Source: Azolla caroliniana (lineage: Eukaryota > Plantae > Polypodiophyta). Taken from it: DNA of 64,000 nt. Where the stretch lies: NCBI GenBank assembly GCA_043228905.1, contig JBHGNT010000009.1, positions 8,494,001 to 8,558,000 on the forward strand. Direction: 5' to 3'. This document shows, piece after piece, positions 35,583-47,589 of this stretch. Below the pieces are notes generated by a model. That model was given only the letters and a program-made list of their open reading frames with translations, was not told the DNA's origin and made no database searches. The translations under genes were made by a program, and so were the position numbers. How positions within the stretch are numbered: the first letter of the stretch is position 1; every line of letters begins with the position of its first letter.

Positions 35583-38500
35583 CTAAACAGTATTTCGCTC
35601 CACTACGTCTGGGCCCCTTGACCGAGTAACTGGTCTTGTTCCCGATCGTGGCCCCTTCTTCAGCCTTTTTCTGGTTGGTTCCCCATTTAGCCTTGCTTCT
35701 AGGACCCAATGCGCAAGTGTGTCCTCCTCCGACAACCTTCCCATCGCCTCAGCAGCTAATTGCACATCAGCCGTTTCTTGAACTAGCTTTTCAAGTACAG
35801 AGGGATCTGTTTGGACATTTTCAGTAGTTGGGCTCGGTGGGGTGGAATCAAGGTCTTGAGACTCGAAGAAATGTTGCATCAAGTGTTCATAAACACTGTT
35901 GTTGTGAACCTCAGTTTTACATGTTGTTTCCACTATTTCATGGCCTTTCACATCGTTGCCTAATTCAGTACACTGTTCCAAAAGAATAGGGTGCAGCTGA
36001 TCTGAAGGAGATGTGATAGCAGGACTCTTACTTTCAGCCACATTGGCAGTAGTATCCTCATCTGTTGCAGCATCATCAGCACCAGACACATCATGTGCCG
36101 TCCTTAATCCACAAGATTCTACAATAACATGACAGTTATTTAGGATAGCTAATTAGCTACTTTACTAAACTATGGTAGAAGCTAGGATAGCTAATTAGCT
36201 AGTACGATAGCTAATTAGCTAGTATGATAGCTAATTAGGTACTTTACTCAACTATGGTAGTAGTTAGGATAGCTAATTAGGTACTTTACTCAACTATGGT
36301 AGTAGTTAGGATAGCTTATTAGCTACTAGGACAGCTAATTAGCTGCCAGTAGCTAATTAGCTACTAGGATAGCTAATTAGCTGCCAGTAGCTAATTAGCT
36401 ACTAGGATAGCTTATTAGCTACTTTACACAACTATGGCAGTAGCTACTAGGATAGCTAATTCGCTAGGATAGCTAATTCGCTAGTAGGATAGCTAATTAG
36501 TTGCCAGCAGCTAATTAGCTAGTAGGATAGCTAATTAGCTACTAGGATAGCTAATTAGTTGCCAGTAGCTAATTAGCTAGTAGGATAGCTAATTAGGTAC
36601 TTTACTCAACTATGGTAGTAGCTAATTAGCTAGTAGGATAGCTAATTAGGTACTTTACTCAACTATGGTAGTAGCTAATTAGCTAGTAGGATAGCTAATT
36701 AGCTACTAGGATAGCTAATTAGCTGCTAGTAGCTAATTAGCTACTAGGATAGCTTATTAGCTACTTTACACAACTATGGCAGTAGCTAATTAGTTACTAG
36801 GATAGCTAATTAGCTTTTTTACACAACTATAGTACTAGCTAATTAGCTAGTACCATAGCTAATTACCTACTAGGATAGCTAATTAGCTAGTAGGATAGCT
36901 TATTAGCTACTTTACACAACTATAGTAGTAGCTAGGATAGCTAATTAGCTACTATGGTAGCTAATTAGCTACTTTACTCAACTATGGTAGTAGCTAGGAT
37001 AGCTAATTAGCTACTTTACTAACTATGGTAGTAGCTAGGATAGCTAATTAGCTACTTTACTAACTATGGTGGTAGCTAGGATAGCTAATTAGCTACAATG
37101 AAAGCTAATTAGCTACTTTCTCAACTATGTAGTAGCTAGGATAGCTTATTAGCTACTAGGACAGCTAATTAGCTGCCAGTAGCTAATTAGCTACTAGGAT
37201 AGCTAATTAGCTGCCAGTAGCTAATTAGCTACTAGGATAGCTTATTAGCTACTTTACACAACTATGTCAGTAGCTAATTAGCTACTATGATAGCTAATTA
37301 GCTAGTAGGATAGCTAATTAGCTAGTAGGATAGCTAATTAGTTGCCAGTAGCTAATTAGCTAGTAGGATAGCTAATTAGCTTTTTTACACAACTATGGTA
37401 CTAGCTAATTAGCTAGTACCATAGCTAACTAGCTACTAGGATAGCTTATTAGCTACTTTACACTACTATGTCAGTAGCTAATTAGCTACTATGATAGCTA
37501 ATTAGCTAGTACGATAGCTAATTAGCTAGTACGATAGCTAATTAGTTGCCAGTAGCTAATTAGCTAGTAGGATAGCTAATTAGCTTTTTTACACAACTAT
37601 GGTACTAGCTAATTAGCTAGTACCATAGCTAACTAGCTACTAGGATAGCTTATTAGCTACTTTACACAACTATGGCAGTAGCTAATTAGTTACTAGGATA
37701 GCTAATTAGTTGCCAGTGGCTAATTAGCTAGTAGGATAGCTATTTAGCTTTTTTACACAACTATGGTACTAGCTAATTAGCTAGTACCATAGCTAATTAG
37801 CTACTAGGATAGCTAATTAGCTAGTAGCTCATTAGCTGCCAGTAGCTAATTAGCTAGTAGGATAGCTAATTAGAAAAGACTAAGCTTATTAGCTACAGTA
37901 TGGTATACCTGTTTGTTTTCTCCACTCATTTGGTAGAGTTGTACTGCAATCTCCCAAACAGAATGCAACAATTCGACAGGCATGTTGAAAACAAAGCAGA
38001 TGGTATGTGTGGTTGCATGGTTGTAGGTGAACCAACAAAGACGCAGTTTTGTCCTCCACACCTAACCCGCAAGCGATGCAACGTGCTTGAACTGTCAATA
38101 AATCATTTTCTGGTTCTACTTCATTTGGTAAGGGAGCAAGAATGTTCAGGTCCAAATCCTGTCTGGTCCTTACCATTCCCTCCACAAAATGTAGCTTCTT
38201 CTTAAGGCAGCTAACTACCTGTTCTTGATGAATGTATTGTTCCTTCAACGCAACAGAGAAATTTACCGATTAATTATTCTTGTTGTTGAAAGATACACCA
38301 ACTTTGCTCAGGAATCGTTAACTTACTTGAAGCTTATCCAAATTGTAATCTGCAACAGTATTTACACCTAGAAGGTCCAGGTTCATTGAAAGAACCTGGA
38401 TCTCTATTTGCAGTTCTATTTTACGCTGGGGATCCAGTGGCCCCTCTAATTCAAGCTCCTGTTGCGCAACCTATTCCAGATAATGCTTGATTAGCACATT

Positions 38501-39763
38501 TTACCCGTTATTTATAACACAATCACATACCAGCAAAACAATAGTTACCTGAATCTTATTTCTAATTGTTGTAACAGCAGAAGTAACTTTGCTCTCCATT
38601 GCAGAAGCCATTGTGGCTTTCTCTAAATCAGTCTTAAAAAATGCCAATGTCTCACAGGCTTCATGGACATTTTTTAGCATATAGCTAACCAATGTCTCAC
38701 CTGTATCATCGACATTGGCTTTCCTTGGGTGTCGGTGTGGTGTATGCCCCCGGTCTTGCTGGGAGTCGGCAGTTGCATCAACAGCTGCCATGCTCCAAAA
38801 TCTGTCTATTTTTTGTGCCAAGGTCCCCATCTTTCGGCATCTTTTTACCGATGCCTCACCATAGACTGCCCAAGCTACCCTATACATTTCAGGGTCTCTA
38901 GATTCCTTCGCTGTTTTGCAGTACTCATATGCAAATGCTCTAGCAAATGAAACTGACAACTCATTGTTGACTGGGATCTCCTGATGAACTTTCTGGTGCA
39001 GTCTCATGCAGTCATCGTACAAGTCGGCTCGTACATGCTTCAGCTTGACCTTGCCTTTGACTCTAGGCACTGTATATACTGTCATCCAGTCTATATCACT
39101 GATCAATTTATCACTTAGGACAGCAGGGTCAACACCCTCGAGTGACAGACCATAGGTGTTGTGGAAGTCCTCCTTTGTCTCGCAAAATTTTGCGAAGTTT
39201 AGCACTCTCGTATACGGAGGAACGAGCCATCTGAAATATCATTTCAGAAATCAGAAATAGTGCAAAATCAGAATATGTGAGAATCAAAAACCCCAATCAA
39301 CAACAACAAAAATGGTGCAAAATCTTTAACTTAACCTAATCAAAATCTGTAATCAGAAGTTTGAAATCAGAAACCCTAATCAAAATCTGTAATCAGAAGT
39401 TTGTAACCAGAAACCTTATTCAGAAATTCTAATCAGAAATTTATAATCAAAAACCCTAATCAGAAATTTCAATCAGAAACCCTAATAAAAAATTTCAATC
39501 ACAAACCCTAATCAGAAATCCTAAGCAAAAATTTATAAACAAAAACCCTATTCAGAAATTCTAATTTGTAATCAAAATTTGTAACCAGAAACCCTATTCA
39601 GAAATTCTAATCAGAAATTTATAATCAAAAACCCTAATCAAAAATTTCAATCACAAACCCTAATCAGAAATTTCAATCACAAACCCTAATCACTAAAGAC
39701 AGGATTAAACACAAAAAAAGTAATATAAACACACCTGTTGCTACTCCCCGATTTGCGAGACAT
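35583..39763 (-). CDS. Transposon accessory gene, 5 exons, ~574 aa: unknown N-terminal domain, coiled coil, RING-like finger, acidic tail with basic NLS-like end
   Basis: Exons 39763-39735, 39230-38549, 38470-38327, 38242-37909 and 36118-35583 are joined by GT-AG introns with consistent phases (1725 nt, no internal stop). RING-like CIAC...PCNHTYHLLC...CLGDC. Confidence 0.78.
36140..37895. repeat. Second intronic minisatellite of the TAGCTAATTAGCTA palindrome
   Basis: Fills intron 4 (36119-37908) of the accessory gene, with interspersed TTTACACAACTATGG variants. Confidence 0.97.
39240..39700. repeat. Degenerate AATCAGAAACCCTAATC repeat array (telo-box-rich) in intron 1 of the accessory gene
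   Basis: Repeated AAACCCTAAT and AATCAGAAAT units. Confidence 0.85.
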
Positions 39764-41010
39764 CCTTGTATGGGACTCCAAGGACTTCGCCCTATTCGAT
39801 TTTGGGGAAATATGAATCGGCACCAAAGTTCAAACAGTAGTCAAAAAGAAAAAACAAATGTTTGGGGTTTCTGTAACTGAAACATACCTGGACGATGATC
39901 GAGCGGGTTCTGTGTTGTAGCTCTCAATCTGCAATGTCGATTTTTTTCTGTTGCGGGAGCTACGTCTGCGTTCGTGCTCTGAGTACTCCATCTGCGTTCA
40001 AAATCAGACTTAGGCTAAACAGGAAATTGATGACATTGAAGTCGACCTTAGATGATGGTGATATTCCCCAAGTTCCACTACGTCTGAAACAGAAGTTCAA
40101 ATATTTGAGTTTTTTCATAAATTAGTTTTTCAAATATTTGATTTTCCCACAAGAAAGACTAGCTAAACAAATAGCTAATTAGCTATGGCCATTTTAGTAG
40201 TTAATTAGCTATAATAGTGTTTCCACTCGCATGCTTTTACCCCTTATCAATTCTACTTTGTCTTTTTGTTGTGTCTCACTTCATCTTGTTTCATGTCCTT
40301 CTAGTAGTACTATTTCTATCCTTCAATCTTCCATATTGATGTATTTTTTTCCGTGAGCTCCCAACATTACAATATCATCACCCTTTCACTCTCACATTCC
40401 ATCAAAAAATGTGAGGGAGTAAAAGAAAAAAATATTATTAAACCTAGAAATTACATCCATGAACCAATTACTTCTTGACCAACTTCATAGTTGATGTTGG
40501 TTGTAAATACACACTAACTCTAGACAAACCACCACTAACAAACCATTATTATTTCCTAATTATTCTAGGTCCCCAACACACTATTGAGGAGCTTGATCAA
40601 AAGAGTACTTGACACAATAACAACAAGGTTCAATTAAAATGGCTCGTGCCATATCAAGTATTGATTTTAGTAATTTGTAGATTACTTTGTGAAATCTCAA
40701 TGTGAGGTGAAAAGTCACAAAAGATAAAGAGAAATTTACAAAGTTCTTAAAAGCAACAAACGTAAAGTGAGATATCCCTAAGTTGGTCATAATATTGCCA
40801 TGAAGCATTTATGTTAATTTGGTTTGCATGTAAATCAAATGTTTTCCTAATGACGGTCCATTATGTTTAATGTAACTAACTACCTAGGAGATTTGTCCTA
40901 AAAAGTTATTATTGATGCCTGAAGGTGTGATGCATTAAAACTAGTATAGTAAGCAAACTAAAAGAACTATAGCATTGGTTGCGCAGATCACTGTAGACGA
41001 AGAGGAAGAG

Positions 41011-42796
41011 ATGGCTGACACGGTACACCAGGGGAACTCTCACGCAGCGCCCCCGACAACTCCTCCACGGTCGGCCTTCACTGTCGTCTTCACACCGGAA
41101 GAAGAAGAGATATTGAAAAGAGAGGTAAGTCGTCTACATTCCTACTCAATAGTGTGTAGGATTATAGGTTTAAGGCCAAATAGAGGAGATTTGAGAGATC
41201 TCCTACAAGCGACTTTCCAACATAGGATCGGAAAAATCGTCGATGTGCAATTTCTTGGACATGCTTTCTATCATTTAGAATTGGATACCGCTGAATCCGT
41301 TGTGGTAATGTTGAATGCAAATACGATTAACATTCGAAATGCAATAGCTTGTTTTATGCCGTGGAAACCGGGCTTTGATCCCGTCGAAATGTTGAATTCG
41401 GGGCATCGTTTGACCCCGATTTCCGTGGTTTTCCCGAGAATCCCTAAGGAATACATGGCTGTACTCCCATCAATTGCAGCAAGAATCGGCACGATTCTTC
41501 CTCCTCGAGAGGAGACAATAGGAATGAAATTAACGGGATACCCATCAATTCGAATACTAGTTTCCTCAATAGAAAATTTACCTACTCAGGTACTTTTACC
41601 ATCGCTTACCCGGAATTCGACATTCATGCAAAAATTGGAGTATATAGGTATGCTTGGACAATGCTTTTATTGTAAACAGCAAGGCCATGTTTTGAAAGAT
41701 TGCCCAAAAAAGAAGAACGGGGTTAGACCCCAGAATGGTACAAATAACGTGCATACAGACGTTAACCATGTTAATCTGGATAAGAAGCAACAATCTCATT
41801 TAGGTGGAGGAAGTGGAAAGGGGAAAAATGTTTAGCCATCCAAGGATGAAAAAGGGAAAAATATCCAAACATTCGAGGATGAGATATGGAAACCAATTGA
41901 AAAACGGCACTCAATACCCAATAAATGCATTGAATCTAAGGGTGCTCACGTAAGTATAGGCCGTTATGATGCCATACAGGAACTATCAAAATGATGTTCA
42001 GATATGCCAAATTAGTAATGTTTCTGAACAATCTACTCCTAATAGAGAAGGGATTGAATCAGTTAATAATCTTGTTATGGCCACTCAGAGCAAAACAATG
42101 GAATCAAGTAAACAACATTTGAACTTGAGTAATGTATCGCGAAACCTTCACAGATCTACAAAACGTTCGTCTAGCTTGAGAGGGTTAAATGCGAACTTCA
42201 TTCGCACAATCCCGATAAATTCTCAAGTAGAAAGTACTAGTGATTTTGCAATCAATCGATGGAATGCCACATATGGGTTTGAGTTTTTGAAATTTTTGGG
42301 AGACATAGTTGATAATGGCAGTGCATCAATACGTGTTCATGTTCTTTTCAAGACTATGCAATCTTTTGTAGGATTTTCTTTCCCTTTTTGTGGATATGAT
42401 AAACAAACATGGGTGGCAGCGGATGTTAGATTGGTTATTAGACAACAAACACTACACTTCGCAAAATATGTTAATTGTGACAATTTTGGGGAAGTATTAT
42501 TAAGGGGACTAGAGGCAGCAACTATACAACTCTTGCCAGTGTCTGATGTGATGGGGCGAAGGCAAGTGGTGGTATCCTTAGATGCTGAGATCCTTCCAAA
42601 TTGTGGATATACCTATATCCATGAAGATGGACTATCGGAAGGTCAAATATTGGCTAAAGCTCATCATCATTATAGAATGGTACGCGATACGATACCTTTA
42701 CAATCGAAAAGTGGTGAACAAGATGGTAGTGAGGCCAATCTTGAGCCGTTAGCGAAAAACATGAAAATGGCATCACAGCAACCTAAGTTCCCTTAA
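41011..42796 (+). pseudogene. LINE ORF1 (DUF4283-like region, CCHC knuckle, C-terminal extension), interrupted
   Basis: ORF 40975-41835 has CFYCKQQGHVLKDC. ORF 41966-42796 ends immediately before the ORF2 ATG. Confidence 0.8.
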
Positions 42797-45700
42797 ATGC
42801 GAGTGATGTCATGGAATGTTCAGGGGTTAGGGGGCCCCTTATATAGACGATACAAGTATCGTCTCCGTCAAGAAATTAACAAATGCATAGTGGGTGGATC
42901 CCTCGACTTTCTTTTAATACAAGAACATCATTTAAATACTTTTAGAATTTCTCGGTATGGTTCTATTTTATCTGGAAATTGGGACATGTTTTGGTCCCCC
43001 GCGATAGGCAACACGGAAGTCCGTGGTGGGGTTTGTATGGCTATTTCTCAGAGGTGGATTCCATCCATTATACAAAAACAAGTGATCATTCCTGGAAGGG
43101 CTCAATATGTTATTATGCAAGAGGGGGAGATTATATGGGGACTCTTGAATATATATGCTCCTAATACTGCTTCTGCTAGGCAACAATTTTGGAAAGAATT
43201 ATTACAGAATCTGCCTCCCCTTGATCATTGGTGTATCGCTGGTGACTTCAATATGCTTGAGGACCCCATTGATAGAATGGGAGGTAGCTCAACTACGATA
43301 CATGGCCATGAATTAGCAATGTGGGAACAATTGGTGTTCTCCTTACAAATTTTAGATGCTTGGCATGCTCCTTCGATGGTTCATACAAATACCTCTCTTT
43401 TATTTTCAAGATCAGATAGACGTGTAAATGGTACTAACTTAGCTCGATTGGATAGATTCTATGTATCTGGCAAATTTATTTCAGCAACTGGTACAATACA
43501 TATAATGCCAGGGACTACCTTCTCTGATCATGCTCCAGTGATTCTTTCAATATCAACCCAAAACCTTAAAGAATTCTCCAATATGAAGATTCCTAAAAAT
43601 CTGCTGTTAGACAATAGCTTTTCCTTACAAGTGGCTCAATTATGGTCACAAAAGGATGTTGTACAGGAATCAATGGCGGTGCGGGTAGCTAATGGCTTAC
43701 GATGTATTTCAGAATTTTTTAGGGGTAAATCTAAGGAGAGGTTCTCTATGATCCAAGAAAAGGAGAAACGGTCTCGTACTTCTCTTATTTCTCTACAACG
43801 ATTACAAGAACGTTATCCACACTGTACTTGGATTGCTGAGAAAATTGGGTCAGCAAAACAAGAACTTGTTGTACTATTAGAAAAGCGTGCAGAATTTCAA
43901 TACCATAATAGGGCATCTAGTTGGACCCAAATGGGTGATAAATGTACAGCTGAATTTTTTCATGCAATGAGACCCAATCATAATGCGGTTTCAATCAAAC
44001 AACTACAAGATGAGAATGGGACCATCTCATCTGACCCTAAAGTGATGAGAGAAATAGCCACACGATACTATTCCAACCTACTATCAGCTATTTCATTCTC
44101 CGATGAGGATTTAATAAGTCGGTCTTCTGTATGGAATAAAATGAGTTCAAGAATAACATAGGATATGAATGCCAGTCTTCAAGACGTTCTTACTCATGAG
44201 GAATTGAGTGAAGCACTCCAAGCTTTGCCTAAGAATAGTTGTCCAGGTATGGATGGATTAACCCCATCATTTTTCATTAAATATTGGGACTTGTTTAAAT
44301 CAGATTTATGAGCATTCCAACAAATTCTTCGAGAGGGCATTATGCCTTCACATTTTACAGAAGGAATAATTTACCTTATCCCTAAATCAGAAGGTCCTTC
44401 ATTGGACATCAAGAAATGGCGCCCAATTACATTACTGAATACGGTGTATAAAATCCTAGCTAAAGCGCTTAGTATAAGACTTGGTACTATAATGCCTATA
44501 GTTATATATCCGTCGCAAACAGGATTTATTCAGGAAAGGAGCATATTGGATAATGTGTATACATTTTGGGAATCTGCTGCCTTGGCAGCCAAATCTAATC
44601 AAAAGTTGGCCATTGTTATGCTTGATTTTGAGAAAGCTTATGACCGTGTTGACTGGGAATTTTTACAAGGTGTACTGGCTCGTTTTGGTTTCTCGAAAGA
44701 ATGGATAAAAGGTATCTCTTCATTATATAATTCGGCACAAAGCAGAGTCTTACTGGTTGGGAATTATGGACCTTTGTTTACTATTTCTCGATCAGTTCGA
44801 CAGGGTTGTCCTTTAGCTCCTTTCTTGTTTCTGTTTTTTGCTGAGGCAATGATTTCCTTTTTGAATGCTGGTGATATTGGTATACGGGGAATACGCATCC
44901 CATTCTCACATATAGAAGTAAGGGACGCTGAATTTGCAGATGACACTGCCCTATATTTAAAAGGTGATTTGGAAAATCTGCAGAAAACAGAATTGGCCAT
45001 ATCCACATTTTGTAAGGCTTCGGGTGCACTGGTTAATTGGAACAAGTCCTTTGCATTTTGGGTGGGGGATGTAGAGCCTCCTCTATGGAGTCCACACCCG
45101 CAATTTCGATGGATACCATCAGGTTGTCCAGTTCGATACTGAGGGTGTACGATAGGTATTGATCTTTCAATGGAAAATCAAGTGGCACCCCTCCTATTGT
45201 CACTGCGGAAAAAGTTGTTGTTATGGAGTTCAGCCAAGCTATCTTTTGCTGGTCGGATTGTAGTGGCTAATCAGGTTTTATTGGCTTCAACATGGTATGT
45301 TTTGTCATGTTGGATATTCTCCAAGTCATGTATTCTGAAAATACGTAGATTGGTTCGTAACTTCTTGTGGTCCGGTAAAACAGAAGGCAATGCTCGGTCC
45401 AAAGTGAAATGGGATGTTATTACCTTACCTCGCTCTAAAGGAGGATTAGGTATTATTGATCCAATGGACCAATCAAGAGCATTGTTAAGTAAGTTGCTCG
45501 TTAGAGGATTTATGCCGGGACAAGAGATATGGAAAGTATTATTGCTTGACCGTTGCTCAGATTGCTTTCCTCGCTTAGGTGCTCCCTGGTCGAAGGATGT
45601 GAATTGGATATTTAGGGAAAATTTCCGAGTACCTTCAGCCACTAGATGGGAAGACAAATTTATTAGGACATTATTTGCAGCATGGAAACAAGTACTACCT

Positions 45701-47137
45701 GGTTTGCTTCGCAATAAACCGAACCCCAAACATTATCTTGAGTATCTCAGACAAAAGATAGTTTGGAACCCGTTGTTTACAACATCAGATGGTTTTGTGT
45801 TGGGTTCTAGACAATGGTTATCGTGGGGAAAAATGACAGAAGGTCCCGCGAAAACAGTTCAGACTTGGAAAGAATTTTTATCGCGATCGTTGGAAGAACA
45901 AAAAGAAATCTTACGTAATATGCATGGCGGACATATAATGTACCAACAAATTCAAGAAGCTATGAGTAGACAACCCATACCACCCAATAACACTAACCAT
46001 AGATGGATTGGGGTTTTTTCAAGATTGGAAGTACTCTTGGCTGTTAAGGGTTATTCAAATGATAAGACATACCGGTTGTTTGAGGTGGATGAAACAAATC
46101 AATTGTCTCAGTCCGGGGTAATGGTGATAGATTACCCCTATGCCATTGAGCACAAGATAAGGATAATTGGATATGCCGATCGTAAATGGTATATTGATCC
46201 AATGATAGAGGAAATAAGGACACATTGGAAGTTGTGGGTGTTAGCTAAAAGACCGGTATTCAGATTAGATTGGGACCCAATTGACTATCATTAGACAGAT
46301 CCTTACACGGGTAACAAGTTCAATTTCTTCCAATATTCTGTACAGTTGGGAAGACATGTACTTTCAGATACACGTGATGTGGTACCAGCTGCATCTCAAT
46401 ATTGGAATCAACAAGGTATTACTCCCCAATTCCTTGCAAAATTCTGGGCTATCTTATGGGCAAGAAAACAGCAACACAAAATATTACATGTACAGTGGTT
46501 AGTTGTACACAAGGCGTTGCCGGTTGGCACATGGTTGCATAGGATGGGAGTGTCTTCATGTTGTACTCGATGTCATTTACAAACGGAAACTCAAAAACAT
46601 TGTTTATGGGAATGCATTGATTCTCAACAGATATGGCAATGGCTCCTTAGAATTTTCGCTAATTATTTTCCCCCGTTGGTTCTCACTTGAGGCATGGTCG
46701 TTTGGACATCACTTGCCCGTGATGTGTTCCATTATGGCATCGAATCTATGGACCATGGGTTTTACACTAAAAATGGAAGTGTTCGTACATTATCACTGAT
46801 GTCATTACAGTTTTCAGGAGTAAGGAAGGAAGTTCAGCCAATATGGGAGATATTGAGTAGTACCACTGTCTATCACATTTGGAAAGCTCGGTGTTCTCTC
46901 ATTTTCCATAATCTGAAAACACCACCTGCTGAAGTGATTTCAAATATTTGGTTAGAGATAGTTCATGCTTTGAAGGGTCAATGGGATGGTATAGTGGGAG
47001 ATTCTGATGCTAAAATTGCTTAACGGCATGAGTTTCTTATTATCTGGACAGCTACTCCATTTGTGACATCCAGGTACACTACTCCTTATTGGCATTTTCA
47101 GCCACCGAAATGGTTGTTTCCCCCGCCGATTACATAG
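42797..47137 (+). pseudogene. LINE ORF2 (APE endonuclease, reverse transcriptase, C-terminal zinc-binding region), interrupted
   Basis: SWNVQGLG, GDFN, SDH; WRPITLLN, LDFEKAYDRV, VRQGCPLAP, FADD; C..C....ET..HCLWEC. Confidence 0.92.
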
Positions 47138-47589
47138 AGGTTTAAAATCTTGTAATTTGTTTATACTAATGACAAGATATCTTCTTTAAAAAAAAATAAA
47201 AAATAAAAACTTAAAGAGGATTTAATAGAAGAGTTTTATTATAAACTGCATGGATGTCTGGTGTGACATATATTACATTAATTGTATTGATCATTTAAAG
47301 CACATACATTCGTATGCATGTAACTTAGAATAAACATAATGGAAGGTCATGTGGACAAGCAATATTGCCTTTTGTTTGTAAAAATTTCATGTGATTTTCA
47401 CCATAGTATATAGAGCATCATATCCTCGCTCTTTTTCTTGTATAAAAAATGGATTACAAATATGTGACACTGATATCTTGTGTTATAGCCTTGCTTTCTG
47501 TCATTAAAAACAAACAAAAGGTTAACTAAATGAAAACAAAAAAAGAAAACAATTATATTCAAGCTAAATTATCGCATCTTCTACCATCA

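Larger units (their letters stand above)
28444..40242 (+). mobile_element. Complete TIR DNA transposon, Sola2-like, 11,799 bp
   Basis: 25-bp TIRs GGGTGAAAGCATGCGAGTGGAAACA (28444-28468) and TGTTTCCACTCGCATGCTTTTACCC (40218-40242), 1 mismatch. 4-bp TSD CTTA (28440-28443, 40243-40246). Internal DDD transposase. The element is directly visible; the superfamily call relies on recalled motifs. Confidence 0.9.
40971..47210 (+). mobile_element. Near full-length L1-type LINE with a few stops and frameshifts
   Basis: ORF1, ORF2 (EN-RT-zf) and A-rich tail at ~47188-47209. Confidence 0.93.

Noticed and set aside
35334-35620. Splicing the RING gene directly onto the FCP1-like exon
   Set aside because: The acceptor at 35334 needs a phase-1 donor and I found no convincing one before the stop at 35583; left unresolved.
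30560-37895. CRISPR-like reading of the palindromic 20-bp arrays
   Set aside because: Inter-palindrome segments are only ~5-7 nt and recurrent; these are intronic minisatellites.
40955-47222. TSD for the plus-strand LINE (AAACTAAAAGA vs AAACTTAAAGA)
   Set aside because: Imperfect and A-rich, so not distinguishable from chance.
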